NCBI GenBank assembly: GCA_003019595.1
Contig: NEXD01000002.1
Coordinates: 13,137-77,136 of the forward strand
Origin: Candidatus Marsarchaeota G1 archaeon BE_D
Lineage (GTDB): Archaea > Thermoproteota > Thermoprotei_A > Marsarchaeales > Marsarchaeaceae
Reading direction: 5' to 3'
DNA: 64,000 bases
Under the pieces are notes generated by a model. It worked only from the letters and a program-made list of their open reading frames with translations. It was not told the origin of the DNA and made no database searches. This document shows, piece by piece, positions 29,374 to 39,565 of the stretch (position 1 is its first letter; each line of letters begins with the position of its first letter). Position numbers and translations under genes: made by a program.

Positions 29374-30822
29374 TCACTCCAACAATCTTGCCAAACCTGG
29401 ATAGACTTCTTCTATCTGTTCTTGCAGTAAAATTTGGTAAACTTGATAGATTATACCTATCGCAAGCAATAATCCCATACCAGAACCAAAGGCGCCAAGC
29501 ACGTCAGCAACTCCCGCAATTATTCCAGCAAGCAAAGAGCTAACAAAGGTAAGTGAATAAATGGGCTTTCTCAAAACCGCCTCTATTATCCCAACGGAGC
29601 TCCTAAAACCAGCGATTTGCAGACCACTACTTGCAAGTTGCTCGGCTTGATCGCGTGGGCCAAGTCCTGCTATTTCAACCCACATATACGCAAATACCAC
29701 AGAAAGAAGTGTAAGAAGGACCACAAAAACAAGAGCTCTTATGGGCTCTTGTATAGTCATACCCAATCCAATGGGATTTTGAATGTAGAAAGCTAAACCT
29801 CCAGTAGGTTCTATTTGACCACTGGCGGTTCTTGTGTATGTCCCTAGCCAGTTGAGATACCAAATATTATTGTTAGGATTTAATCTAGACCAAACTATTT
29901 GAGAGAAAAAGATATAGTCAGAAAAGAGTATTCCTGCTAGCAGCACCGGTACGTTAGAAACATATAGAAACTGTAGTGGTATTTTACTTCTATAACCCTG
30001 TGCTTTTTGATAAACCACAGGTATTTGTACCTTCATTCCTTGTAAATACACAAGCAGTATTATAAAAACGATTGTCGCAACTAGACCTACCAGATCTGGT
30101 GCGGGAGGAGAATATTGGCTTGGTGGGTAACGTATTACAGCCGCAAGGAAATTCCCTCTTAGGGCAGCTTGAAAAGCGGCAACAACCGCACCATAAGCGT
30201 ATACCGCACTAACCCCTTGAACATTAAAGGGCTGTGGGGAAAATGCGGAATAAAATACTTGAAAAGTCACACCCGCTAAAATAAAAAGGCTTATACCGCT
30301 ACCTATACCCCAACCTTTTTGAAGCATTTCATCAAGAAGTATCACTACGAGTGTTGAGAAAACTAGTTGCACAAAAACGAGAAGATCCTGTGTTGGAGTT
30401 AATGCACCGAATATCCGACCAAGCGTATACGCAGCTGCTTGAACCATCGTGAAAAGCACAGCGAATGTCTTTTGTGCGGCGGTAAAATCGATTCTGTCTG
30501 CTGGATTAGACAGGTCGATCTGTATGATTTTCGATCCGACGAGTATTTGCATAATCATGCCTGCTGTAACAATAGGCCCTATTCCAAGTTGCATTAGTGT
30601 ACCCTGTTTTGAAGCGAAAATCAGGTTGAGAACGCTAAATTGATTTGACACCTGCGGAGGAATCCCAAACAAGGGAATATCAGACATAATAAGATATACC
30701 ACTAGTGCAAGTCCAGTCCAAGCGAGTTTTTCTCTAAGAGAAGGTTTCTGGGCTGGCTTTTCTGCGGCAGGTAAGTATTTTGCCACCGAAGCAAGAGCGC
30801 TTAAAAATTTGCTACTACCCAT
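29374..30822 (-). CDS. secY: preprotein translocase SecY
   Basis: LGIGPIVTAG, GIGSGISLFI, multiple TM segments. Confidence 0.98.
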   Translation of the reverse strand: MGSSKFLSALASVAKYLPAAEKPAQKPSLREKLAWTGLALVVYLIMSDIPLFGIPPQVSNQFSVLNLIFASKQGTLMQLGIGPIVTAGMIMQILVGSKIIQIDLSNPADRIDFTAAQKTFAVLFTMVQAAAYTLGRIFGALTPTQDLLVFVQLVFSTLVVILLDEMLQKGWGIGSGISLFILAGVTFQVFYSAFSPQPFNVQGVSAVYAYGAVVAAFQAALRGNFLAAVIRYPPSQYSPPAPDLVGLVATIVFIILLVYLQGMKVQIPVVYQKAQGYRSKIPLQFLYVSNVPVLLAGILFSDYIFFSQIVWSRLNPNNNIWYLNWLGTYTRTASGQIEPTGGLAFYIQNPIGLGMTIQEPIRALVFVVLLTLLSVVFAYMWVEIAGLGPRDQAEQLASSGLQIAGFRSSVGIIEAVLRKPIYSLTFVSSLLAGIIAGVADVLGAFGSGMGLLLAIGIIYQVYQILLQEQIEEVYPGLARLLE

Positions 30823-31247
30823 TATATCCCTTCCTCTAAAAGAATCTGACCTCCGGCTTTCTTAATCTTTTCTATCGCACCTTTTGATGCGCTTTTAACT
30901 TTCACAGTTATGGGTTGCGATATACTACCTCGGCCTAGTAATTTCGTGTACCCGTAATCCGACAAATTGATTTCTTTTAATCCTTTTTCATTTATCAACT
31001 CGTTTAATTGCAAAATATTTATAGTTACCTCTTCTTTTACGTCGTATGGTCTTTTAAACCCGTGTTTGCCGAAAGCGTCTTTGCCATACTTTACAGTCCA
31101 ACTCCATTTGTGTTTATGTCTCCCTGCTTTCCCCACACCACCTTTAGCTCCTGCCTTTCTGTGTTGGCCTATCCTACCCCAACCAACACTTCGTGTGCCT
31201 CTTCTTTTTCTGGATCTTTTCTCTCTTCTTACAACCAAGATTATCAC
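30822..31247 (-). CDS. rpl15: ribosomal protein uL15
   Basis: RGTRSVGWG, FGKHGF, KLLGRG. Confidence 0.97.
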   Translation of the reverse strand: MIILVVRREKRSRKRRGTRSVGWGRIGQHRKAGAKGGVGKAGRHKHKWSWTVKYGKDAFGKHGFKRPYDVKEEVTINILQLNELINEKGLKEINLSDYGYTKLLGRGSISQPITVKVKSASKGAIEKIKKAGGQILLEEGI

Positions 31248-31730
31248 CTAGATCATTCTTTTTATGAGGTCTTTTATGCTTTCGCCATAATAACCCCAAA
31301 CTCCTCCTTCTGCTCGTTTCTTTTTGTGATCACCTTTAAACCCACCGCTTGGTGGTGTTAGACGGAAAATTCTTAATAAGCCTTTTTTTATTAATTGATT
31401 GAGTTCACCATTCATTATCAATTGCGCAAGTTCTTCAATCGAATTTACTCCGAGTTTTTGTAATGCCTCTTGAGTAATCTTATGGTTTCCGACAATTCTA
31501 CCACGTTTTTTTAAAGTTTGAACTAAAATTTCTAAATCATTCACTTCTCCCCATGCAACATAGCGTTCAGCTTTTTTTATCATGCCTATTATCGAAGGAT
31601 CGTCATAATATATTACCATTGAATTTCTCTTCTTAAGGTTAAGCCTTTCCAGCGTTTCTGCTATTTCTTGTGGTACCTTCACGGTTCCCTTTATTCTTAT
31701 TATCGCTAAGAGCTTAGGCACTTTCAACAC
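31248..31730 (-). CDS. rpl30: ribosomal protein uL30
   Basis: FRLTPPSGGF. Confidence 0.96.
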   Translation of the reverse strand: MLKVPKLLAIIRIKGTVKVPQEIAETLERLNLKKRNSMVIYYDDPSIIGMIKKAERYVAWGEVNDLEILVQTLKKRGRIVGNHKITQEALQKLGVNSIEELAQLIMNGELNQLIKKGLLRIFRLTPPSGGFKGDHKKKRAEGGVWGYYGESIKDLIKRMI

Positions 31731-31733
31731 CCT

Positions 31734-32375
31734 TTAACGATTCCAATCGATTGGAGACTTAAACTTTAAGGCTTTTCTTAACGAGTCAAGAGCGGCGTAT
31801 GCCATATTCACTCGGTTTCTCGTCTCTCCGAAGCTTTTAACCCACGCATCAGAAATCCCAGCAAAGCTGAACACTTCCCTTACAATATCAGAAGCCACAA
31901 CGCCTGTACCACGAGGGGCTGGAAGAACAATTAGTTCTACACTACCCGACTTTCCCCTTACCATATTAGGCAGGCTGTGTTGCGTACCACATCTACATTC
32001 CCAACTTCCACATCCACGTTTAACGTAGGTGATGTTTAGCTTTGCATCGATCAAAGATTTTTGTCTTGCGTCATTCAACTGTCTTGCTTTTCCTGTGCCC
32101 ACTCCAACAAAACCAGAACGATTGCCTACGATTGTGACCACTCTATAACTATTGACCTCACCAGCGTCTGTTTGCCTTTGAACAATATCGGAATAGATTA
32201 TCTTTGATTCAAGCGATGGTATTAAAAGATCAACAATTTGATATTCACGGATAGGCATGTTGTATTCAAGAATGTCCTTTATTGACGCAACTTTACCTTC
32301 TTTTACGAGTTTTCCTAATTTTGTTCTTGGTATCCACTCTTGGGTATCAACGTTCGATTCAGACATTTTTTTCAC
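31734..32375 (-). CDS. rps5: ribosomal protein uS5
   Basis: WIPRTKLG, RGCGSWEC, PAPRGTG. Confidence 0.97.
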   Translation of the reverse strand: MKKMSESNVDTQEWIPRTKLGKLVKEGKVASIKDILEYNMPIREYQIVDLLIPSLESKIIYSDIVQRQTDAGEVNSYRVVTIVGNRSGFVGVGTGKARQLNDARQKSLIDAKLNITYVKRGCGSWECRCGTQHSLPNMVRGKSGSVELIVLPAPRGTGVVASDIVREVFSFAGISDAWVKSFGETRNRVNMAYAALDSLRKALKFKSPIDWNR

Positions 32376-32958
32376 CCATAGATTTAATCTTGTTCTTTAT
32401 TTCCTCAAAAAGTTGTTCTAGTCGCTCAGGTTCAACATTAGAAGAGATGTATTTTGAAAACAGTCTGGAATATTTTTCAGGAGACTCCTGTTTTAGCTTC
32501 TTGGCATATGCCGCAATGTGTGCACCTTGGATTCTTTCTTCCGATGGTATTACCTCATCTGAATGTGGAATTTCTAAACCCATGTCTAAGCATCCTTTCA
32601 AAAGTGCGTACACATTGGACTTAGGTACATGAGGTAAAAGGCCTATATCAATAATAGCTTCTTTCACGCCTTTTTTAAGGGCACGTAACGCTATTAACAT
32701 ACCAGTAAGATAACTCGCCGGAGCGGACGTGAGGCCAGTTGGGTAACCCAATTTGATCAATTCTCTGCTACAAGCTTGCGCAATCACATCGTCTTTTGCC
32801 TCATTAGATGAAATTATCTGAGCATAAATATACTTATTAGACCTTCTCACTACGAGTCTTGGAAGACCAGAACTTAAAAGGCGTAGCCTTTTTCTGTAGT
32901 CCGTCTTCCCCTCTCTTCTTCTTCTAAAAACTACTTTATAATTAGGACCATGCGCCAT
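32359..32958 (-). CDS. rpl18: ribosomal protein uL18
   Basis: RRRREGKTDYRKR. Confidence 0.97.
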   Translation of the reverse strand: MAHGPNYKVVFRRRREGKTDYRKRLRLLSSGLPRLVVRRSNKYIYAQIISSNEAKDDVIAQACSRELIKLGYPTGLTSAPASYLTGMLIALRALKKGVKEAIIDIGLLPHVPKSNVYALLKGCLDMGLEIPHSDEVIPSEERIQGAHIAAYAKKLKQESPEKYSRLFSKYISSNVEPERLEQLFEEIKNKIKSMGEKNV

Positions 32959-32961
32959 CTT

Positions 32962-33402
32962 TTACACCTTCTTTGTAAGAAAGTTTTTAAGGGATGAGAG
33001 GCTTGGAAAAACCCCACCTTTAATTTTCAAATACAATTCCCTGTATGTCTTTTTGTCCAATTTTCCACTTCTATATAGCTCCCTAATATAGGCTCTCTGT
33101 TTTCTTACACGATACACCCAGCTTCGTTCGAGGTCTCTGCGCGAGCCAGCACGACCTTTCCTAGACCCATGTCCTTTTCGCTTTCCTTTAGCTTTTTTTA
33201 TCATCAATTTTCTTTTTCTTCCTCTGGAAGGCGTAGAGGGGGGACGGCGTTCTATGTAACCCATATTTATTAAACTTCGAACGTCGTCTTTAGTTATTGC
33301 TTCAGCAACTTCGTCAACATGACGCGGATCGATATAGATTCGAGTAACTCCTACTCCAAGAATTTCGGCTGCAAGTCTTTTTTGAAGACGTAGATCAGGC
33401 AT
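32962..33402 (-). CDS. rpl19e: ribosomal protein eL19 (start at MPDLRLQ)
   Basis: QKRLAAEIL, GSRKG, KIKGG. Confidence 0.96.
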   Translation of the reverse strand: MPDLRLQKRLAAEILGVGVTRIYIDPRHVDEVAEAITKDDVRSLINMGYIERRPPSTPSRGRKRKLMIKKAKGKRKGHGSRKGRAGSRRDLERSWVYRVRKQRAYIRELYRSGKLDKKTYRELYLKIKGGVFPSLSSLKNFLTKKV

Positions 33403-33799
33403 TCTCACTTTCACCCTTTTCCACGTTTTTTTGTTTTCCATTCACCACTAATATGCCTTTTTCGACTGCCATTGCCTCTAATTTTGCAAATTTTTGAGCG
33501 CCAAGTCTTCCTGAAAGAATCACACACTGTGTTTTAGGATCCACTTTTGCTAGTTCTGATTCATTCGTAACATACACGGGTATTTTACCAGAAGGATGAT
33601 AGCCTCTCACAGCTTTAGGTGTTCGATAGCCAATTTTGACATTTGGTGGGTAACCCTTGAATTCATGACGATACTTATTGTCAATCCCTTTTGGCTTTCT
33701 CCAAGACGTGCCTAACTTAACCCTTGTCCAATAATGGGGTCTTAGAAATTCAGGTTTTCTTAATTTTGCCCTAATTTTTTTGATCATTTGGGGTTCCAT
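33395..33799 (-). CDS. rpl32e: ribosomal protein eL32
   Basis: WRKPKGIDNK, RGYHPSG. Confidence 0.97.
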   Translation of the reverse strand: MEPQMIKKIRAKLRKPEFLRPHYWTRVKLGTSWRKPKGIDNKYRHEFKGYPPNVKIGYRTPKAVRGYHPSGKIPVYVTNESELAKVDPKTQCVILSGRLGAQKFAKLEAMAVEKGILVVNGKQKNVEKGESENA

Positions 33800-33805
33800 C
33801 TTTCA

Positions 33806-34339
33806 TCAACTCTTCGAGTAAACAAAAATGCCATCCGAGAATACGCGCGGGTCGTAATCCTTAATTTTTGTGGCTCTTTGAATGTTCGCTGCCGTTTGTC
33901 CAACAGCTTCTTTGTCTAATCCGCTTACTATAACATCATCGCCTTCTACTTTTACATTGACTTGGCCTACGATTTTTGCATAACGAGGAGATCTTTCCCC
34001 AATAAAGTTTTCAATCTTTACAAATCCATTTTCAACTTTTACATTCATAGGAAAGTGAGCGTATACCATCTTTAACCTATAAGTGAACCCTTGAGTAACT
34101 CCTTTTATCATGTTTTTGACGTGTGCCTCTGCTGTTCCAAGCAAAGAAAGCTCACGCTTCTTAACATTTCGTAACTCTATCTTAAGTGTGTTTTCGCTAA
34201 GCTCAAAATGGAGAGGTGTTCCTTCAAAGCTTTTTTTAAGAGAGCCTAGAGGACCAGTGACTTCAATTGTTTGATTTTCGATAGTCAGTTTCACATTTTC
34301 TGGAACCTTAAACTCTCTTTTGGCATACGGGATTTTCAT
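33806..34339 (-). CDS. rpl6: ribosomal protein uL6
   Basis: YAHFPM, DPRVFSDGIF. Confidence 0.97.
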   Translation of the reverse strand: MKIPYAKREFKVPENVKLTIENQTIEVTGPLGSLKKSFEGTPLHFELSENTLKIELRNVKKRELSLLGTAEAHVKNMIKGVTQGFTYRLKMVYAHFPMNVKVENGFVKIENFIGERSPRYAKIVGQVNVKVEGDDVIVSGLDKEAVGQTAANIQRATKIKDYDPRVFSDGIFVYSKS

Positions 34340-34351
34340 TTTTTAACACCT

Positions 34352-34753
34352 CTAATAAACGTAAGCGACCGCAATTCCTCCTATTCCTTTGCTCCTAGCT
34401 TCTACATGAGACATTACACCACTTGAAGTGGAAATTACAAGCACTCCAACCTCTTTAGATGGTAGATACTTGGTTGCTAGTTGGTCTATTCTTTCTTTGG
34501 ATACATTTAATCTTGGAACGATAACGCCACAGTCATTAATTCTCCCTAATAGCTGTATTCTAAATTTCCCTATCCTTCCATCATCGATATACTCGAACTC
34601 ACCAATGTAGCCAGCTTTTTGAATCACATTTAGGACGTATCCAACAAATTTTGATGCGCCATCGACTATGCAATAGCTTCTTCCTCTTTCTTCACATAAC
34701 TTAATTGTGTTCATCGTCGTAGCTAAAATGTTTTGTGTAGGCATGTTTATCAC
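34352..34753 (-). CDS. rps8: ribosomal protein uS8
   Basis: YIGEFEYIDDGR, GVMSH. Confidence 0.97.
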   Translation of the reverse strand: MINMPTQNILATTMNTIKLCEERGRSYCIVDGASKFVGYVLNVIQKAGYIGEFEYIDDGRIGKFRIQLLGRINDCGVIVPRLNVSKERIDQLATKYLPSKEVGVLVISTSSGVMSHVEARSKGIGGIAVAYVY

Positions 34754-34918
34754 CTAATCATACTTTTTGAAACCCAGTTTTTCAGCAACTTCTCTAAAGC
34801 ATTGGCGACAAAATAACAAACCATATCGTCTTATTAAATTACCCTGTGATCCACATCTAGTGCACCTGTAAGCGCCCTTGCCGTATTTTCTCTGCTTCAT
34901 AATAGGAGTTTTACCCAT
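34754..34918 (-). CDS. rps14: ribosomal protein uS14, 54 aa
   Basis: Manual translation ...CTRCG...[26 protein letters not shown]. Confidence 0.98.
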   Translation of the reverse strand: MGKTPIMKQRKYGKGAYRCTRCGSQGNLIRRYGLLFCRQCFREVAEKLGFKKYD

Positions 34919-34920
34919 TT

Positions 34921-35457
34921 TTAAATCACCTTGACCCCAAACTTTTCAATCAAATAATTTATTGCTTCCTCTTTATTTACAAGATGTCTTTTTGGCACTT
35001 TTGCTCTTTTTAGTTTTCTTTTTTCTACCCTTATTCCCTTTCGAACAAGTCTTACGCATACATCCAAACCAAAAATGCCTAACTCTGGATCATATTTTGT
35101 TCCAGGAATATAGATGTATTCCTTAATACCAAAACTAAAGTTTCCATAATCGTCAAAAACTGAAGATTTCAGCGTGTTTCCAATAGCCGCCAAGGCTCTT
35201 CTTAAAAAATCTTCCGCTTGTTTTCCTCTTAAAGTCACCACGCAACCTATTTCTTCCCCTTTTCTAACACCAAAATCACGTATGCTTTTTTTCGCTTTTC
35301 TTATGGCAGCTTTTCTTGACGTTAGTCTTTCTAGAATTGTAGTAGCCTTTTTTAACTTATCCCCTCCTTCGCCTACACCTATGTTTAGTACAACCTTTTC
35401 AATTCTGATTTCTCGCATAGGATTTTCTTTTTGCAAAACTTGTGACATCACCATCAT
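34921..35457 (-). CDS. rpl5: ribosomal protein uL5
   Basis: [23 protein letters not shown]. Confidence 0.98.
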   Translation of the reverse strand: MMVMSQVLQKENPMREIRIEKVVLNIGVGEGGDKLKKATTILERLTSRKAAIRKAKKSIRDFGVRKGEEIGCVVTLRGKQAEDFLRRALAAIGNTLKSSVFDDYGNFSFGIKEYIYIPGTKYDPELGIFGLDVCVRLVRKGIRVEKRKLKRAKVPKRHLVNKEEAINYLIEKFGVKVI

Positions 35458-36212
35458 TCACCATTCATACTTGGAAGTGATATAAGGGGTTTATCTTTGC
35501 CCACAACTATGACATAATCAAGGATAGTTTCGACAACGCGATTGTTCGAAAGAGTTATCCTTACTAATGATCTTCGCTTTTTGAATGCGGGCACAATTTC
35601 TGTAAGAACACCCCAAGCGCCACTGTTTTTACCTTTGAACACCAAAACCAGCTTTCCTATTTCAAGCTTTATATGATCCAAAATTTGCTTACCTGTCACG
35701 TCAACTTTTAGCGAATCTAGTGTTTTATATTGAACATTCTTTCCATCTTGTGGAGAAGTTAGCTTGATAGCAAGGTTTACGCCAGCACTTAGATTAAGTT
35801 GCATCAAATTTTTGGACAAGATCGTTTTGTTTTCGATACGAAGAATTCTGAATTTCGATTCCTCTTCGCCTATCTCGTGTAATAGAAATCCATTTTTATA
35901 AGGCAATAATCTAAAAGTTTTATCTAAATCAGGAATTTTTACGACGTCCATTATTCCAACAGGAAAATCTATCCTTTTTATGATTTTTCCGTTTACAATA
36001 AACTTACCTTGGTTCAGAACCACTTTAGCCTCATGTGTGTTTTCAACGAGACCAAGCATATCCCTTAATATCAATAGAACTGGTACACTTTGATCTTGTG
36101 GATGAGGACCAGGCGAAGGTTTTACGACCCATTTAAAACTCTTTCTTTCAACAGGCCAAATTGGAGGTGCCGCGCTTCTTTTTAACGTTCGACTACCACC
36201 CATACTTCCCAT
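35454..36212 (-). CDS. rps4e: ribosomal protein eS4
   Basis: LKRSAAP, PSPGPH, FPVGIMDV. Confidence 0.97.
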   Translation of the reverse strand: MGSMGGSRTLKRSAAPPIWPVERKSFKWVVKPSPGPHPQDQSVPVLLILRDMLGLVENTHEAKVVLNQGKFIVNGKIIKRIDFPVGIMDVVKIPDLDKTFRLLPYKNGFLLHEIGEEESKFRILRIENKTILSKNLMQLNLSAGVNLAIKLTSPQDGKNVQYKTLDSLKVDVTGKQILDHIKLEIGKLVLVFKGKNSGAWGVLTEIVPAFKKRRSLVRITLSNNRVVETILDYVIVVGKDKPLISLPSMNGE

Positions 36213-36695
36213 TTAGCCATGCACCTCTTTTTCGATCTCAGTTTGCTCTTTACTTTGAGATTGTGTAGTCGTGCTTTTAGACTGGCTTTCAGCCTTCTCT
36301 GCTTCCTCTATTTCCTTTTGAATAATTTCTGCCGATACGCCCTTTCGCTCTAATATTTGGCGACGATATTTATCTGAAAGATCTAATTTAGTTATCATAA
36401 TGTTAGAAACATGAATGCCAACAAGTTTTGTTTTCCCTTTTTGAGACATTTCAGTTATTCCTTCAATGAAAACAAGTCTTCTTTTTACATCCACTCTAAC
36501 CACTTTACCAGAGCGTCCTTTATACCCACCGCTAACAATTTTGACCGAATCATTAACCCTGACTGGAATGGATTTTACAGAAAACCTCTGTCTCAACTCC
36601 TTTGAAAGAGGAGCACTCATGAGTTTTATGGCCTTGTGCCAAGGAAGGTTGTACAACGCCTTTCTCTGTTTTGAAGGTTTAGCGGAAAGCACCAT
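36213..36695 (-). CDS. rpl24: ribosomal protein uL24
   Basis: PSKQRK, MSAPLSKELR, KOW motif. Confidence 0.96.
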   Translation of the reverse strand: MVLSAKPSKQRKALYNLPWHKAIKLMSAPLSKELRQRFSVKSIPVRVNDSVKIVSGGYKGRSGKVVRVDVKRRLVFIEGITEMSQKGKTKLVGIHVSNIMITKLDLSDKYRRQILERKGVSAEIIQKEIEEAEKAESQSKSTTTQSQSKEQTEIEKEVHG

Positions 36696-36698
36696 TTT

Positions 36699-37124
36699 TT
36701 ATACCACCACGGATGCCAAACTCGCTAACTTTGGCAGTCGATCGACCGCCTCCTTTGCGACAGGACCACGCACCTCAGTTCCTTTTAAATCGCCTTCTGG
36801 TGTTATTATTACAGCCGCATTGTCTTCAAACTGAATTCTAGTACCGTCTACTCGTCGATAAGGCTTTCTTTGTCTTATAATTACTGCACGAACTATTTGT
36901 TTCCTCATTTCTGGATTTCCTCGCTTAACGGCTGCAATAATCACATCGCCTACTGCCGCACCAGGAATTCTTCTTGCTCTACCTTTAAACCCTGTCAACA
37001 TAACCATTTTTATCACTTTAGCACCTGTGTTGTCGGCACATACAAGCTCTGATTCGTTAAAAACCCCTGGTGTGAGATCTGGTCTGTATGTTATTCCAGT
37101 ACTTCTACCTCCTCGTTTTACCAT
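36699..37124 (-). CDS. rpl14: ribosomal protein uL14
   Basis: ADNTGAK, FEDNAAVI. Confidence 0.98.
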   Translation of the reverse strand: MVKRGGRSTGITYRPDLTPGVFNESELVCADNTGAKVIKMVMLTGFKGRARRIPGAAVGDVIIAAVKRGNPEMRKQIVRAVIIRQRKPYRRVDGTRIQFEDNAAVIITPEGDLKGTEVRGPVAKEAVDRLPKLASLASVVV

Positions 37125-37126
37125 TT

Positions 37127-37456
37127 TTATGACCTCCTTCCTAGAATCACAAACGAAACAGACTTGGCAAGAGGACGAGTCTCCCCAATTAAAACGAGAT
37201 CTCCCTCTTTAATGTCCAAACATGCTGGCAAGTGAGCGTGTATTCTTGATCTTCTACGTTCGTAACGCTGGTATTTTTTGTTATAGAAGGTATATTCTCT
37301 TTCGACGACAGCCATTCTTGTTGCCCTTAGTTGAGACACTTTCGCGTCAAGAATTAAACCTCTAACACTAACCGTGCCATGATAAGGACATTTTTTATCG
37401 TCACAAGAACGAGAGGGTTTTTCGACACCGTTTATTCCAATATTTCGTGTCAACAT
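37127..37456 (-). CDS. rps17: ribosomal protein uS17
   Basis: CPYHG, ETRPLAKS. Confidence 0.97.
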   Translation of the reverse strand: MLTRNIGINGVEKPSRSCDDKKCPYHGTVSVRGLILDAKVSQLRATRMAVVEREYTFYNKKYQRYERRRSRIHAHLPACLDIKEGDLVLIGETRPLAKSVSFVILGRRS

Positions 37457-37459
37457 CTT

Positions 37460-37696
37460 TCACCTTTTACACAATCTTTCCCAAGGTCTACCGATCAGCT
37501 CTTTTCCTTTTATTGTTCTTTGATTTAGGTGTAGCGTTATAACCTCTTTTGGAAATCTTTTAGTTTTGCCGTTTAAGCAAACAAGTATAGTTTTTTGAGT
37601 CTCATCTATCACGATGGCTTTGTAAGTTTTATTATAAGCTTTAAGCTCGCAATCTATTCCCAAAAGACCAATTGATGAACTCATTTTGAGACTCAC
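37460..37696 (-). CDS. rnp1: RNase P protein Rpp29
   Basis: VIDETQKT, GRPWERL; between rpl29 and rps17. Confidence 0.88.
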   Translation of the reverse strand: MSLKMSSSIGLLGIDCELKAYNKTYKAIVIDETQKTILVCLNGKTKRFPKEVITLHLNQRTIKGKELIGRPWERLCKR

Positions 37697-37893
37697 TTCT
37701 TTTTTCTTTCGCTCAGAACAGTTAACACCCTTGCAATATCTTTCTTAAGCTCATGTATCGCTTTTGTGTTTTTAGATGCGCCGCGTGTATATATATTAGA
37801 CCTTTCGTTGAAAAGCTCTTTTTTTAGTTCTAGAAGTTTATTTTTTAATTCGTCATCAGTGAGCTTTCTTAGTTCTTCCGCTTTAATCGTCAT
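37693..37893 (-). CDS. rpl29: ribosomal protein uL29
   Basis: KKDIARVLT. Confidence 0.96.
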   Translation of the reverse strand: MTIKAEELRKLTDDELKNKLLELKKELFNERSNIYTRGASKNTKAIHELKKDIARVLTVLSERKKK

Positions 37894-38627
37894 GTCGTCT
37901 CACCTTCTTTAACGACGTTCGTTTGAATGACTTCCTTTGTTTCATTCTTTTGTTCCTGAACACCACTTTCTACTTGCGCTTCTTGAACGGTCATGCTTTC
38001 GCGCTCCTTTAATATATTAGCCAGTAACGCTTGGTCAATTTGGCGAATTGCTATTTGCGGTTTGAACACACCTGGTTTTGCTATCTTAACCTTAATTCCT
38101 ATTATTCCTGGTTTAAGGAGAACATAAGTCACTGTTTTGTCTATCAGACTTGCTGGTTCGCCAGACTGATGGATTCGACCGCTTCTTAGTTTTATAAATC
38201 TAGATCTTTCAGTGGTCAATTTTCCTCGGATGGTGACTTCTGCGCCTTCTGCACCTGCTTTCATAATAGAATCTAATGCAGAAAATACCACCCTTTTATG
38301 TGGCAATCCTCTTTCTAAGTAAAATCTTATTCGATTAGCCATAATTTTACTGTTAAGTTCTGGATTATCAATAGGTCTTACTTCAATTTGAGGATTCTCT
38401 AAACCAAACTTTTGTTCTAAAAGAAATGATAGGTCTCTAATAGAACCCCCTTTTTTACCTATTATTATTCCTGGTTTTTCTGCGTAAATTGTCACTTGAT
38501 GACCTAATGGCACTTTGCTTATTATAACTCCCTGATATCCCGCTTTTCTATACATTTCTTCAAGTTGTTCGTCAATTAGCAGATTTCTTTTGTTTTCGTT
38601 GATAAATTGCTTATAAATTGTGACCAT
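37890..38627 (-). CDS. rps3: ribosomal protein uS3
   Basis: KPGIIIGKKG KH motif, GIKVKI. Confidence 0.97.
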   Translation of the reverse strand: MVTIYKQFINENKRNLLIDEQLEEMYRKAGYQGVIISKVPLGHQVTIYAEKPGIIIGKKGGSIRDLSFLLEQKFGLENPQIEVRPIDNPELNSKIMANRIRFYLERGLPHKRVVFSALDSIMKAGAEGAEVTIRGKLTTERSRFIKLRSGRIHQSGEPASLIDKTVTYVLLKPGIIGIKVKIAKPGVFKPQIAIRQIDQALLANILKERESMTVQEAQVESGVQEQKNETKEVIQTNVVKEGETT

Positions 38628-38629
38628 TT

Positions 38630-39106
38630 TTACTCACCTTTCACCTGTTTGAGCGCAATTTCTATATGTGTGTAAATTCGTCGTTTTACACTCATTCTTC
38701 CAAAGGCACGCGGAAATGGACGAATGATGATACGAGCCTTTTGCGCCGCAGCGTGAACTATTTTTAATGATGAAGTATCAAAACCTTTTTGCGAAGCATT
38801 GTTCTCCGCGTTTTCAAGCACCTTTAGCATTGCCTTAGCCGCTTTGACAGGATACCTACCAGCCGCGCCTGTTCTTCCGCCTAATGCCGCTTTATGGGCT
38901 ACTTTTTTCTTGTATGTAGTAAACGGAACAGGAGTTTTAAGTTGGATGACCTCATTAAGGAATTTTTTTGCGTCGTCAAGCGTCATGCCTTTTATAGCTC
39001 TGCATAAATTCACAGCCTTTTTGAATGATATAGGAAGGTCCCTTCCACTAGCTAACACCATCGTTGAAGGGTCGTATTCCTTAATTGAATAACCCCAAGT
39101 CGGCAC
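38630..39106 (-). CDS. rpl22: ribosomal protein uL22
   Basis: GRYPVKAA, PRAFGR. Confidence 0.97.
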   Translation of the reverse strand: MPTWGYSIKEYDPSTMVLASGRDLPISFKKAVNLCRAIKGMTLDDAKKFLNEVIQLKTPVPFTTYKKKVAHKAALGGRTGAAGRYPVKAAKAMLKVLENAENNASQKGFDTSSLKIVHAAAQKARIIIRPFPRAFGRMSVKRRIYTHIEIALKQVKGE

Positions 39107-39115
39107 AACTCACAC

Positions 39116-39526
39116 CTACTTAAGTGGCACATACATGCTTGATCTAGTCGCTCTAAGACCAGGTTCGCCGTGCACCACTTTCTTGGTGGTAATCGCAAAC
39201 TCGCCTAGATAGTGTCCTATCATTTCTGGCTTTATTTCTACAGGAACAAATTCCTTACCGTTATGCACGTGAATTGTAAGTCCTACCATTTCAGGTAGAA
39301 TTATCATATCTCTACAATGAGTTCTTAATTTTACAGAATCTCGGCCTGCTTTTTTTGCCTTTCTTATTTTTTCTAGAAGTGGTGCTTGATCTGGTTTTAT
39401 TCCACGTTTTAATGTTCTTCTAGCTCTCGCAGGAAGTATTGCAATTAAATCCTCCATGCTCATTGACAAGAGTTGCTCAAGCGTATAGCCTTTGTAAGCG
39501 AATCTTAAAGCTTCTGATTCAGCCAT
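39116..39526 (-). CDS. rps19: ribosomal protein uS19
   Basis: [20 protein letters not shown]. Confidence 0.98.
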   Translation of the reverse strand: MAESEALRFAYKGYTLEQLLSMSMEDLIAILPARARRTLKRGIKPDQAPLLEKIRKAKKAGRDSVKLRTHCRDMIILPEMVGLTIHVHNGKEFVPVEIKPEMIGHYLGEFAITTKKVVHGEPGLRATRSSMYVPLK

Positions 39527-39565
39527 ATATCAAAACCACACTAAAGCGTTACAAAAGTCTTTCTT

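Noticed and set aside
30090..30135. Pro-rich insert in SecY as an in-frame intron
   Set aside because: No BHB; lies in a variable loop
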